Shown in pieces: positions 63,911-64,000 of a stretch of DNA of 64,000 bases. Under the pieces are notes generated by a model that was not told the DNA's origin, did not search any database, and saw nothing but the letters and a program-made list of their open reading frames with translations. The first letter of the stretch is position 1. Each line of letters starts with the position of its first letter. This DNA is from Octopus bimaculoides (lineage: Eukaryota), in assembly GCF_001194135.2 (NCBI RefSeq), contig NC_068990.1, positions 85,592 through 149,591 on the forward strand, given 5' to 3'. The translations under genes and the position numbers were made by a program.

Positions 63911-64000
63911 TACAAAGGTGAGTCAGAAAGTAATACATTGAGTTTTTATTTACTGATATTACGTATTGCCACTGAGCCGAATAAAAAGTTGGTCTACACA
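63911..64000 (+). mobile_element. Probable left end of another mariner-family element
   Basis: TA-CAAAGGTGAGTCAGAAAGTAAT resembles a CGAGGGTGAGTCAAAAAGTAAT-type TIR with CpG decay; runs off the window. Confidence 0.45.

Overview
AT-rich eukaryotic DNA from a draft assembly with five N-gaps. It is dominated by microsatellites, tRNA-headed SINEs, RTE-type LINE debris with (GAT)n tails, Penelope-like remnants, mariner/maT/piggyBac DNA transposons and one Gypsy gag-protease remnant. This repeat set looks like a coleoid cephalopod (Octopus-type) genome, which is inference from repeat style only. I see no intact protein-coding ORF and cannot name any gene. Two CpG-retaining, promoter-like zones lie at about 0.5-2.7 kb and 16.9-22.3 kb. 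Downstream of the second is a chain of short + strand exon candidates (18839-18920, 20695-20816, 21493-21583, 43076-43152, 47377-47410, 48788-48797), suggesting a large gene with a long spliced 5' UTR whose coding body lies mostly beyond the window. The main unexpected signal is two different minimal type I hammerhead-ribozyme-like motifs (6003-6062 on the - strand; 38389-38424 on the + strand). Each is tied to a fold-back structure: the first sits inside a ~157-bp hairpin, and the second lies ~155 bp from a ~577-bp near-perfect inverted repeat. Coordinates were counted by hand and may be off by a few bases; family assignments rest on motif recognition, not database searches.
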